Positions 9,635 to 21,855 of a DNA stretch of 64,000 bases are shown here, in pieces. Every line of letters starts with the position of its first letter. Position 1 is the stretch's first letter. Under the pieces are notes generated by a model, which ran no database searches, was not told the DNA's origin, and worked only from the letters and a program-made list of their open reading frames with translations. Source of the DNA: Mytilus californianus (lineage: Eukaryota); the NCBI RefSeq assembly GCF_021869535.1, contig NW_026262668.1, positions 28,644,001 through 28,708,000 on the forward strand. Direction: 5' to 3'. Made by a program: the position numbers and the translations under genes.

Positions 9635-11367
9635 TCATTTTATATAATAGTTAAATTTTTATATGAAACTTATTGTAATATTATATATACTATGGTTATA
9701 TCTGTCATTGTCCCAAGTTTAACATGAAACACATTGATATCTAGGGAGAAAATAACAAAAAGTACAATTAGAAGCTTTCAGGCTGCACTATGATGTAATT
9801 TCGTTTATTTAGAATTTGTCACATTTCTTTAAATGGAGTTTGGTTCTGGTTATGTTTCACACATTCAGGGTGGGGGGGGGGGGGAGAAAGTTCATCAAAT
9901 CAGAGATCGGGTTGTCGAATCGTTTCCTTGCTCACAAATTGTTAATTATTTGCCTTACAAGTATTTGTCATATATAGCCAATTTGGAAAGGGGGTCTCAC
10001 ATACATTTTGTAGTTAGTCCTGTTAGTGGTCACCACACTTGTAGGAACATATTAAACAGGAAGAATTAACACCTAATGTGGCTTCCCAGATTGCAGGGAT
10101 ATTAAAGTGAGGGACCCACATATAATATTGCTTTTCATGTGATAAAGTATGCATTATATAATTTTATTATTTTAAAAAGCTTTCTGACCAATTTAGGTTT
10201 AATTTAAATTGTCTTATGGAAAACCACATGGTAAAACGATAAAAAGAAATTAATAATAATAAAACATATTTAGTCACAGAATTTCAAAGTCATTTCAACA
10301 AAATTAAGCCTATCTAGCAGTTCGATCATATTTGTTATGTAGAATTTTATTATATTGACTCCCCTCTTTTCCAATACAATTATGTAAAGGAATATATATA
10401 TATATATATCCAGTTTTACTTTTTACTGTTTTCATACTTTAAATGGGTTTTAAGATAATGACACTTCTATCCCAGCTGTTGATCTAATATCTGTCTAATA
10501 TAAATAACCAGACAATGTTGTCCGTTATTTAGGTGATCCCCAGTATTTTCCCGCGAAATGATCACATGTGTCATGGTTGTCAACAAAAGGAACATGTGGT
10601 CAGGGAATTCATTTGTTTTCTGGATTACTGCTTTTATTGATTTAGTTAGGATATAAACATTCCATTTAATGTACAGTCGAACATTTGCATTTATAGAATA
10701 CCGGTAGTTTGCAAACAATTTTTACTTTTCAAAGAAACTAGGTCATGATCGTTCATTGGTCCTTGTTCAACCATGCGAGACCATGTAAATAATGTAATCA
10801 GCTGTCAGTGTACATCCCTTGAGGCAATGTTCACACCAATTAACAATAATTAGATTTCTTAATTGCCACTGACATGATATTTGGATTAGGGATATCTGAA
10901 ATTTAACTTCAATCTATTGAATTTTCAAGTCTGGCGAACAGTAAAATAGGCGTGGCGCTGGGAATTTTAGTGTGGTGCTAGAAATTTAAGCGTGGTGAAC
11001 CGCCACGCTTAAATAGGTCATGGTGATCCCTGGAACTTCAAATCAGAGCTTCCTGAAATTTGTTATCAGGCTTTATGTGAACATGCTTTACTGTGTTTTT
11101 CTTTTTCAGATTTAAAGGCTTTCAAATGGAAAGCATTGTCAAGAACCTTATTCCATGGGACTTTTGCCTGGGGTCTTTTTTTTTTCTGAGAAACCAATAT
11201 TGTAGTAACCAACTAAAAACTGTAAGCTGCTACACCCTACACAAATGTGATGAACATTTCATATATGACCATTATGTGTTAGAATATATAAGTTTCAGAA
11301 AACAGGAGGTTGATGAGTGATGAATCATGATGACATGAAGCCTGATATTAAATTTCAGGAAGTTTTT

Positions 11368-12642
11368 ATACGACCACAAAAGTTTGCGTATTGGTATGAC
11401 ATTGGTGTCCTCGTCGTCGTCATCTTATGACACATTGGTTTTCGCACTCTAACTTTAGTTTAAGTGAATGGATCTCTATGAAACTTTACCATTAGGTTCA
11501 ATACCACAAAAGGAAGGTTGGGATTAATTTGGGGGTTATGGTACCAACAGTTAAGGAATAAGGGGCCAAAAGGGGCCAAAAATAAGCATTTTTGTAACTT
11601 CCAGACATAACTTGTGTGTTAGTGTATGGATCTCTCTGACATTGTACCACAAGGTTCCATATCACAAAGGGAATGCTGGGATTGATTTTGGGGGTCATTG
11701 CCTCAAAATTTTAGGAATTAGGGGCAAAAAAAAGGGTAAAAAAACAAGCATGTTTCTAGTTTCATGACAATAACTTGTGTGTAAGTGTATGGATCTTTCT
11801 GAAATTGTACTACGAGGTTCCATATCACAAAGGGAAAGCTGGGATTGAGTTTGGGGGTAATTGTCCAAAACATTTAGGAATAAGGGGCCAAAAATAAGCT
11901 TTTTTCTAGTTTCCAGACAATAACTTGTGTTCAAGTCTATGGATCTTTCTGAAATTGTACTGCAAGGTACCATACCACAAAGGGAAGGCTGGTATTGATT
12001 TTGGGGGTAATTGCCTCAAAATTTTAGGAATTAGGGGCCAACAAGGGGCAAAAAACAAGCATGTTTCTAGTTTCATGACAATAACTTGTGTGTAAGTGTA
12101 TGGATCTTTCTGAAATTGTACTACAAGGTTCCATATCACAAAGGGAAAGCAGGGTTTGAGTTTGGGGGTAATTGCCTTAAACGTTTATGAATTTGGGGCC
12201 AAAAAACAAGCATTTTTACAGTTTCCAGACAATGACTTGTGTTCAAGTGTATGGATCTCTCTGAATTTGTACTGCAAGGTACCATACCACAAAGGGAAGG
12301 CTGGGATTGAGTTTGGGGTGATGAATCATAAGGGGGTTCAAAAAATTGGGGGGGGATTTTTGTTTCCTTTTTTTCCTTTTTTTTTTTAAATTTTCCATTT
12401 TAAATTGTTTTTTTCTGATTTATATATAAAAGCAAATAATAATGATATGGTTTGAATAGGTTAATTAAAAAAAATTAAGTTCTAAGACCACATTCATTCC
12501 GTGTCAGAAACCTATGCTGTGTCAAATATTTAATCACAATCCAAATTCAGTTCTGTATCAAGCTTGAATGTTGTGTCCATACTTGCCCTTACTGTTCAGG
12601 GTTCGACCTCTGTGATCATATCAAGCTTCGCCCAACGGAGCA
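11368..12642 (+). mobile_element. Helentron-associated non-autonomous element (HINE; CvA/DTC84-like architecture) with ~150-160 bp core tandem repeats
   Basis: 5' ATACGACC subterminal motif, (GTC)n microsatellite, ~5.5 core repeats (spacing ~150-163 bp), 3' hairpin end ...CGCCCAACGGAGCA. Inserted in a T-run with no TSD; empty site at ~28030 (inverted copy). Confidence 0.85.
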
Positions 12643-13200
12643 TTTTATTATTTGTAGTTCGGAAGAAACATGTAACAAAAATTTCCTACTTGACCATTAT
12701 GTATAAGACTATATGAATAATCAGTAAACAGGAAGCTGACAAGCCATAAATCTGAAAACGCATCATACAGTAAAGCATGTTCACATGAAGCCTCATAACA
12801 AATTTCAGGATCCCAAAAAACAAATGAGAAGAAAAATGGCCATTTTGAGTTAGAATAAATAAGTATTTGGTAAACAGGAAGTTGACATAGTCCAATAGCA
12901 CTAATTGCAAAAGTTTACAGGCTGTTTTTATTGTGAAGTATGGTTTTATTAAAATAATGCTCAAACTTAACTCTCAAGTTACATTCAGATCGTCAGTAGG
13001 TTACAATCAATAGACATTTTGATTAAAGGAAATGAAAGGTATACAGGCTCCTGACATAGGACAAGCACATAAAGAATATGGCAGGATTTAACATGTTCAG
13101 TTCACTGTTCAACTGAAAGTTCTAAAAATCAGTATACTAGTTGTTATTTTACCGCTAGCTATGAACCCTTGATAAGAAAAAGCAGGGGGTATATAGCTTT

Positions 13201-13920
13201 ATATGTCCTTTTACGGGACGTATTATGGTATACCGTTGTCCGTCCGTCTGTTCGTCTGTCCGTCATCAACATGTCGGACAATAACGAAAAAAGGCTTTAA
13301 TTAATTTGCATGAAACTTTGGTGAATTGTTTATATCTTTTGATGTGAGCTGCCTTTCGATTTTTATAAATTTTTGAATACGTTTCCGAGTTATGGGGTTT
13401 TATTCATTGAAAAATGGGGATTTTTCAGTTTTCGGACAAAAACTCGAAAAACTTTCACCAATTTGCAAGAGACTTTGATGAATTGTTTATATCTATTGAT
13501 GTGAGCTCCCTTTCGATTTTTATGAACTTAAGATTCCGAGTAATTGGGTTTTATTCATTAAAAAGGGGGATTTTCCAGTATCGGACAATAACTCAAAAAT
13601 GCTTTGAGCATTTTTTTATGAAACTTTGTTGAATTGTTTATATCTATTGACGTAAGCTCCCTTTCGATTTTTATAAATTTTAGATTTTACGTTTCCGAGT
13701 ATGGGATTTTATTCATAAAAAAGGGTGATTTTCTAGTTTTTAGACAATAACTCAAAAGTACTTTGAGCAGTTTTCATGAAACTTTGGTGACTGGTTTATA
13801 TCTATTGAAATAGCCTCCTTTTATTTTTTTTTTTATAAATTTCTGATATGACATTGAGGAGTTCTGGAACTTTATCCTTTGAAAAAGTGATGGGCGTAAC
13901 ATGCTCTCATGGCGCAGCTC
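13201..13920 (+). mobile_element. HINE-type non-autonomous element inserted into the 5' end of another HINE
   Basis: (GTCC)n microsatellite, ~155-bp core repeats, T-run insertion; empty site GGGAGTATATAGTTTTTGACCAG at ~29063-29085. Confidence 0.8.
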
Positions 13921-14769
13921 TTTATTGACCAGCCTGTCGGTCAGTCAGTCAGTTAATTTCATTTCAAGAAGACAACTTAATGTGTTTGAGCTTTTGATTT
14001 TGGCATTTGATAATGAACTTTCCGTTTTGAGTTTTCCTTGAAGTTCGGTATTTTTGTTTTTCCACTTTTTATATGACACAATCGATAAAATTAAAGACTG
14101 TGAAAACATGCCTCTAGTGAGTTGATACACAGCTAGACACATCGTATAGGTCATCCACAACTTGCGAGTTTACTGATATAGTGTCGATTTCACTTCCTCG
14201 TATCTTTTATAGAAGAGTTTTTTTTAAGGAGAATACCCCTGTGTGAATCTAGTCCATTTAGTGCGAACATGCACGAGCGTCACGTATATTGAAATATTTT
14301 AACACAATACGATGGAACAGAGGGTATTTAACTGCAAATAACATTCACGGTACCATTTGTTTTGCATCAGTTGCGCATAACGACAATTTTAGAAAGTCTC
14401 TTCTGTGATGTTTTATGCCAACATATTTGAGCTCAATTCCGAATACAAACGCTGAAGAGTTGATAAAACCAGAAAGACCTTACGAAAAAAGCCTGACCCG
14501 GATAAGGAAAAATTTTCACTAGTCTCATAAGGACAAGGAGTGTGTATAATGATGAAAATACAAGTCGACATCAGTTCTAGACAACATCGATACATTATGT
14601 CATACATGCATAGTCGTGTAAGTAGGGGTTCACTTTAAGATGAAATTAAACCATAAACTCTACACGCATAAGCAGTTTTCATAAGGGGTAACAGTTTAAA
14701 AAAAAAAAGCGGAAGATACCAAGGGAGCCTTCAAAACTCATAAGACGAACTCGCTAGCCAATATAAAAA

Positions 14770-14960
14770 TAATGAGATGTGGCTTGATTGTCAATGAGAT
14801 AACTATCCACCAAAGTTCAAATGACCATGATGTTAGTAATTATAGGTCACCATACGGCCTTTACCAATGTGTAAAACCCATTCCATATACCGAACTATAA
14901 AAGGCCTTGACATTTAAAATGTGAAACAATTCAATCGAGAAAACTAACTGTCTAATTCAA
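14770..14960 (+). repeat. Abundant dispersed repeat (…GATGTGG…ATTGCCAATGAGACAACT… family); other copies ~22110-22200, 23480-23810(-), 34715-34900, 41180-41280, 42580-42890(-), 56100-56145(-)
   Basis: Recurrent near-identical sequence in both orientations; family assignment not made. Confidence 0.7.
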
Positions 14961-15149
14961 AGCAATTTATTATAAGTAAACCAAATAGGACAGACATGCA
15001 TGAACGATAAACACTGATTTACATGCTCCTGACTTTGGACAGACAAATAAAGAATGTGGCGGGGTTAAACATGTTATGAGCGCTTAATCCTCCACATAAG
15101 CTGGGCAGTGGTGTAACAGAACAAAATAAGAGCAAACTGGAAAAATCAG

Positions 15150-15845
15150 CTGCATATTGCTTAACTCAATAGATCGGTCCGAAGAACAAAAACAAGTTAC
15201 ATAAAAACAATAAATCCCACCAAAGAAGCCAGTTTTATTATTTTGTAAGCCAGGCGCTTAATTCGTCTACAAAAGACGTCCCAGTGACGCTCGAATAAAA
15301 AGTTAAAAGAACAAATAAAGTACGAAAGTAAAGAGCATTGAAGACTAACGATTCCGAAAAGTTTAGCCAAATATAGCTAAGGTAATATATTCTTGGGGAA
15401 GAAAATCCTAAGTATTCAAACAATTCAATGTCTGGTAAACACTTAATTTATTAATATTACCATAGACACAAAACACCGATATAAGAGTCCTCGCAGTTAC
15501 TGAAATCTAGTTCAAAGTCAATTGCACCTTATAAACCATGTTCTCCCAGTCTCAAGTTTAATATTCACCTAAGCATATACAATTTACAGGTAGTGTTAAT
15601 TTAGATCAATGGAGGGTCAGTTTATTTTTAAATCTTTTTAAAGTTTCAACATTTCACAACAACACAAAAATTAAAGGTTAATCCCGTCACTAAAAATAGA
15701 AGAGATTTTCCAGTAAACAAATGGGTATTGCATGTAGCAATTAGGAGGACAAAACACGAATACGTGTTTTAATTATACTGGCTTAGGAACGAAATAAAAA
15801 TGTAGACAGAGACAGACCGATTGATTTTTTTTACAGAAACGAAAA
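15150..15845 (+). repeat. ~0.7-kb direct repeat, partner ~17555-18207 (and ~35105-35800 / ~37495-38140 in copy B)
   Basis: Shared long motifs, e.g. GGTTAATCCCGTCACTAAAAATAG...GGACAAAACACGAATACGTG...AAAAATGTAGACAG; more diverged than the large duplication. Confidence 0.8.
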
Positions 15846-16083
15846 AGACTAGGGACGAAATATAGAGTACCATCAGGAAAGTGAAGAGCAAATATTTGAT
15901 ATCAATGGAATAAGCTTATAAACAGAACAAAAAGGTCGACTCTGACGTGAAGAGGAAATATTTGTTAGAGAGTGGATAGACACAAGGGCGAAACAAAACG
16001 TACAGAACAGTTTTGTTGTAGAATGTGAAACAGTTTAGGTACGAAACAAAAAATTTGATAGGAACGCAAAAAGTCAATATTTG

Positions 16084-19000
16084 ATGGAAATGGAAAAAAT
16101 GAGCAGGTCTTCGAGTTTAATGTCAAAAGAGAGTTTTGAATCAGCGATTGAACTAATGCCAACTGACAGAAGCACAGATGGAAATGGTCGATGTTTTTCA
16201 GATGAGAACCAGGATTGTAAAATTAACAAAAAATCTGGTGGAAAGAATAGTCATGTATTCAAAGACCACAAATGTTGTTTGTTAATTGCTACTATCGTAT
16301 TTATCATGTTTATAGTGTTTCTGAGTATCTTCATCATCATAAATTACAATCGCTGTGAGGTATATATAATTGACTACAATACAGATAATTTATTATTGTG
16401 TTTCAAATTAAATGATTCGGTAATAGCAATAGTTATATTTGTTTGTTTCAAGTAAATAAGAATATTCTTTTTTGTTTGTTTAATACTTTTTGCCAATGAT
16501 TCTATTCGTGAAAATTGTAGTTTTGCAATATATATATATGAATATTTGTACTGTATATCTACGATAATCATTATTTACACTAAATTGAAATATGACAAAG
16601 CTATTTAAAACGTGGTTAAAGTATGATTCTATCCGTTTAATGAGATATTAATTTTCACATTACAGCCAACTCGTGAATATTCTTTTGTTTCCGGAAACTG
16701 CACTAACTGTACAAAAGAAAATAAAACAGAGGAAAAAGGTATTTGATTTAAAACTAAAAGCACTACTACAACATTTTTGAATTATGATGTGTATACCCCG
16801 TTTATCGATGTGTACGCATGACATAAAACATGGCATGGCCAAACAAAATATTTGGAAAAGAGAATACAAAGATTTCCTTTTACTAGTTTTACAACTTTAT
16901 TTTTCATCAGATTGTATGGGTTTTGTTTCGAGTTCTTATAAAAATCACCTTAACAAGGAATATAAGATATACAGAGCGCACTTTGGATTAACCTAACATT
17001 CGAGCTTTTTAATTCTATTTCAACTTAAACGCGTTCTTATAAAAACTTCAATCTACAGCTTTGAATTAGATTTTTGTTTACTGTAAATTCAGAAATTTTT
17101 GCGATGCTTTATTTTTGCACAAATTGTGACGGAATTGGAATTGTCAAAATGTAATTTCGTATTTTAAACTTTGATACAATTATTTGTATTCTTCATTTAC
17201 TGAATTGAAACAAGTTATCTCGGAATTTTGTCCAATCTTCAAAAACCGCAATAATAATTGCACGCAAAAGTTCTGAATTTCAAGGTACCTTTTGTTTTTT
17301 TATGTTTCCATCTACGATAAAGCGTCCAACAAGTCGCAATTTAACAAGTAGCAATTCTGTTTTTAAAGTCAGTTTGAAGGGATGGTTTTCATTCTGATTT
17401 ATGAGAGGTTTACATTGTATGCTGTTGTAGAAAAAAGTAGCCGACAATCGCTCAATTGCATGTAAATTTGTCATTTCCCCGTCGATTTTTCACATTTAAT
17501 GGATTCAAAGCTAAAAGCTATAGAAATTCAGATACACATTTGGTTGGTGTCAAATAACTCAAAAGATCGGTCCAATGCAAAAAACCAACTAACATAAAAA
17601 ACAATAAAACCTATCAAAGATGTCACATTGATGAATTTGTACGCCAGACGCGCGCTTCGTCTACAAAAGACATTTCAGTGACGCTCGAATAAAAAAATGT
17701 TAAAAGACCAAATCTAGTACGACGTCAAAGAGCATTGAAAACAATGATTCCAAAATGTTTAACGAATTGTAGCTAAGGTGATCTATTCCTGGGGTAGGAT
17801 ATCTTAAGTATTCAAACAATTCAAAGTTTTGTAAACAGTTAACTTATTTATATTACCATAAACACAAAGAACCGATATAAGTGTCCTCGCAGTTATTGAA
17901 ATCAAGTTCAAAGCCAATTACACCTAATAAATCCAAGCATACAAAATATACAGGTAGTGTTGATTTAGACCAATAAAAAGGTTCATTCTATTTTTAAATC
18001 ATTTTTAAAGTTCCAACATTTCATCAGACAAAAATTAAAAGGTTAATCCCGTCACTAAAAATAGAAAAGATTTTCCAGTAAACTAATGGTATTGCATGTA
18101 GCAATCAGGAGGACAAAACACGAATACGTGTTTTGATTATACTGGCTTAGGAACGAAATAAAAATGTAGACAGAAACAGACATATTGATTTTTTTACAGA
18201 AACGAATAAGATTAAAAAAATGATTAAACATGCAAATATCCCCGAGAGGGACAAAAACTAGTTACAATTGATTGAAAAGTAACAAAGAGTGAAATAGATT
18301 TTATTAGATTGCATTTCATCAGAAATTCACACTGAGATCACCCCATTGATTGATAGAGTATTTGATCTTTTATTAACTGCTGATGGGTAACTGCCACTTT
18401 TTTGCCGCACAATGAAATCATCTATTCACGGTCTTCCATGTCATTTCATTCTTTGCTTGAATATATGTGTTACTTGTTAATAAATCAATGTATTCCATTG
18501 TTATGTTCTTTATCTTATGTTCTCTTCAGAATCACCTAGCAAAGAAGTCAAAGATACAGAATTTCAAGTTACACTTTGGGACTCATCGATGACAGTTATT
18601 ATAAAAACCCATGAAACGCTATCTCTCCAACTCAGTCGATATGACGACGACACCACAATGATGATATGTAGAAATAACAGAACGTCGTATGAGCTCTTCT
18701 GTAACTCCCAAGCGAAACGTAATTGCCAGTCTGTTCCTGTTCCTGTCAATAAATCAGTTACCATCAGAAATGAAACACAAGATGAACAGATCATATTTAA
18801 TATTGTGGCAAAATGTATAAATCAAAAAGTTGGTATCAAATGGATAAATATTTAGCCTGTAATTGGCATGTATTTTCAAAAACGTTATTAGGTTTCGTCA
18901 TCTTTCTGATTTGAAAAGAACTAAGCAATGTTACTTTAGAATAGTTTTTAATGATGCATGAATAGGTGAAGATGTTAAACTTCTCGGAAAATCTATTTTA

Positions 19001-19963
19001 CTTAATATTGAACTAGTTGTGGGATCCCAATTTAGATCACTCCATACTTGTCTGTCTTTACCCAAACTTGTGAGTTTATCATATACGCATGCTTGCTTTT
19101 CCCTGTGTGGATGAATAAAACCAACCAAGAGGGGAGGAATTCATTAAGAAGACACATGCGTCTAGTTAGTTGTACGAAGATATTTTCATAAAACATGTTT
19201 TCGAGGTTCGGATATTTTTTTGTGAATTAATCTCGGAGTACATTTGTTTTTGAATTGTAAACATCCTATCTGATACTACTACTTAGTTTATAACTGCATG
19301 CAGCTGGTGGTATATTTGTAATTTCCAGCTTATATCAATTGGCCAGTATCCAGTGTTTTCGTCGAGACATTATGAAAATTCTAAGTTTTTATTAAAACTT
19401 TTAATTTAGAAATTTATTATTTTTACTATAACCAGAGTTACAAATGTTTGCAGTGTTTAGTCCCTGTTCCTTAAATGTTTTGTTTCACAGAAATGTTTTG
19501 TATCGAGCGTACCTGTCGGAGGTAATCTGAGAAAAATTTTCATGCGCATGAAATTCAATATGATACTTTTTTGATTTTCTTTGACATGTTGTTCTAAGGG
19601 AGTTTTCCTGATTGTGTGACCGTTTACAAATTAAAAAAATAATTAAATCATTCTTCTATCCTGTATTCTTTTCTTTTTTCATTGAGAATTTCGTTGGAAA
19701 AACTCCAATTCGTACTTATACTAAATTTGTTTTGCTGTTTCACAAAAAAAAAATCACCTAAATCGTGTTGATAATTTATATCACAACTGCTTAAATTAAA
19801 AGGTTTACTTAACTAAAGTGTGTCTAGCGAATTATTGCGTGAATCTTTATTAACTATAACAGGAGTATATGACACTAGATATAGTGATGAAGTTTCAGTG
19901 ACCGGATCAATTCACTTTCAAACTGATAAACATCAAATTGTTATAAATTTGGTTCACGCCTAG
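16084..19963 (+). CDS. Gene A: uncharacterised type II membrane glycoprotein, ~250 aa. Exons 16084-16359, 16666-16738, 18530-18832, 19863-19963
   Basis: GT-AG junctions with phases 0,1,1; total 753 nt in frame. ~63-aa cytoplasmic tail, KCC, one TM (LLIATIVFIMFIVFLSIFIII), ectodomain with sequons NCT, NKT, NRT, NKS, NET. All exons open and junctions conserved in copy B. The last exon is the least certain. Confidence 0.8.
17081..17285. mobile_element. ~205-bp MITE with TA TSD (copy at 37021-37225; degenerate relative ~4745-4890)
   Basis: TA|CTGTAAATTCAGAA ... TTCTGAATTTCAAGG|TA imperfect TIRs. Confidence 0.7.
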
Positions 19964-21679
19964 ACAGATTGAACAAACATTCGAAAAAAGGAATTATTGC
20001 CAGAGTGCAAAGCAAATGCATGAACGGATTGATAGTGTTGTTAGCCTAACACATTTGAAAATATTTGATCAGAGACACTTAAAGACAACAACACATTGAA
20101 AGAGTATATACATCCAAGTATTCATACCAAATCTGAAGGATTGGTTATACTTGGATGATGTATGTCATTTTATATTATCGTCTCATATGTTAATTTAAAA
20201 CTATATTTAAAATAGTTTGAAACGGAATCTAATCAAAGGGATGAAGGTGTAAAAAAATGCTAGAAACAAAAATCATCGAAGGTATAAAAGAAATGTGTTG
20301 TTGCTTGTCGTTTTCAAATGAAACAAAAGACGAATATTAATATTTTTGTAGTCTTTGACTACACTGTTACCTTATTTGCAAGTAGAAGACCGTTACACTT
20401 TTTCGTGAATATATTACTTTTATTTTCCTTCACAAATTATGCTATAATGTGGAAACAACTTTTAATGCCCAATTTATTTCACAGGGTCATTGAAATGTAA
20501 ATATAATGTAAAACTGTCAACACTAATTTTGCAAATTATAAACCTATCTGTATTAGTATTTTCTTTTTGTGTTTTGTACATCTGTCATGTTGCTTTTGCT
20601 TAGTATCGGCTGAAAACTGTTGTAATGTTTTAAAAGATAAATTTGGTATTTTTTTCTAAAATCAAGCTTAAAATCCTTCAGGCAAACCGACCTTAGATGA
20701 ATTTTGCAACCTTTTTAATGCTCTTCTAAGTGTGAACCTCTTAAATATTTTGTTTTGTTTTTAATCTGGCGCCCCAAATTTAAATATCCTAGGTTATTGA
20801 AGTAACACGTTACGTTTAAGTTTACATAGTTGTTTTGTTATCTTCTATCCAGAATTTTGTTAGCACTTTTTGTCTTGAACATGCACATATACAGATACGT
20901 TTATTCCTTGAATTGAAATCTATCGTTTGAACTTGAAGTATAGATAATACAGGATGAAAGGTCTGCTTCATCTTTTGTTTATATTCCTCTTTATTCGAAC
21001 GAACTGTCAAAGCATATGGTTTTACCTACCTTTATTAAAAATATAAAAATCTACTAACGGAAGCTTTATCCTACCAAAACACTACTACAGAAGGTTACGA
21101 GGACGAACGACATAATTCTCGAATACTGTAACATCATAAATTGTTGGATCGCTACAATATCTACAATATCTATATATCAACCTATAAGTAACATTTTAGC
21201 TCTGTAATATCAATCTGACATGATTAACGGTTTTGTAGTGTTCCTGGCTTAGACAATTGCTTTACCTATTCCAAGATAGTTCTGATAAATAACGGCTTTT
21301 GGGGGATTTGCTTGGACCATGGAAATTGCCGATCCAGACTTCGGCAAGTTAAAGTCTCCGAATTGTAATACATCCAAGTCAAACACATAAATCAAACACC
21401 ATTTAATTCCTTATCAAATTTCCATACCTTTTATTCACAATTATGAAAAACAAAACAATCGAGGGTTCGATGAAATTAGCTTTTGTTACGGAAACGAATG
21501 TTGTATGATTTATCTGCTTGCTAATGGATTTGTAACGATTTAGACAGGAACATGCGGACCCAGGTTTATGGTAGGCAAGTTTGATGTTTTCTATGAGCAA
21601 TGCGTTCAAAGGCTGCGTCAGAAGTCAGACCAAATTTGATGATGCATATATAAAAGGAAATGATTACCTCCACATTACC

Positions 21680-21855
21680 CTTCCGGAGTACTTGAGATCA
21701 ATTCGGATTTTTGTGGTGTTCCTTTTGCTCTTTAGTTTTCTGTGTTGTGTTTTGTGTATTGTTGTATGTCTTTTTGTCTTTTTTTATTTTTTGCCATGGA
21801 TTGTCGGTTTGTCTTCAACTTATGAGTTTGAATGTCCCTTTTGTATCTTTCGCCT
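21680..21855 (+). repeat. Truncated SINE/LINE-tail-like dispersed repeat (copies ~40760-40935, and 46085-46235 on minus strand)
   Basis: CCGGAGTACTTGAG...TTTAGTTTTCTGTGTTG...GCCATGG...GAGTTTGAATGTCCC pattern recurs in both orientations. Confidence 0.6.

Noticed and set aside
9866-11032. CAGGG...CCCTG bounded transposon specific to copy A
   Set aside because: The terminal match is only 5 bp and there is no TSD; boundaries cannot be supported.
19491-19521. 31-nt cassette exon (KCFVSSVPVG) in gene A, deleted in gene B
   Set aside because: It resembles a fragment of a common dispersed repeat, needs a weak alternative donor, and is not required for the frame.
18530-19963. TNF-homology domain for genes A/B (type II topology, GVY..YS motif)
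   Set aside because: Spacing from the conserved Trp and the Cys pattern do not fit the TNF strand order; left as an unknown fold.
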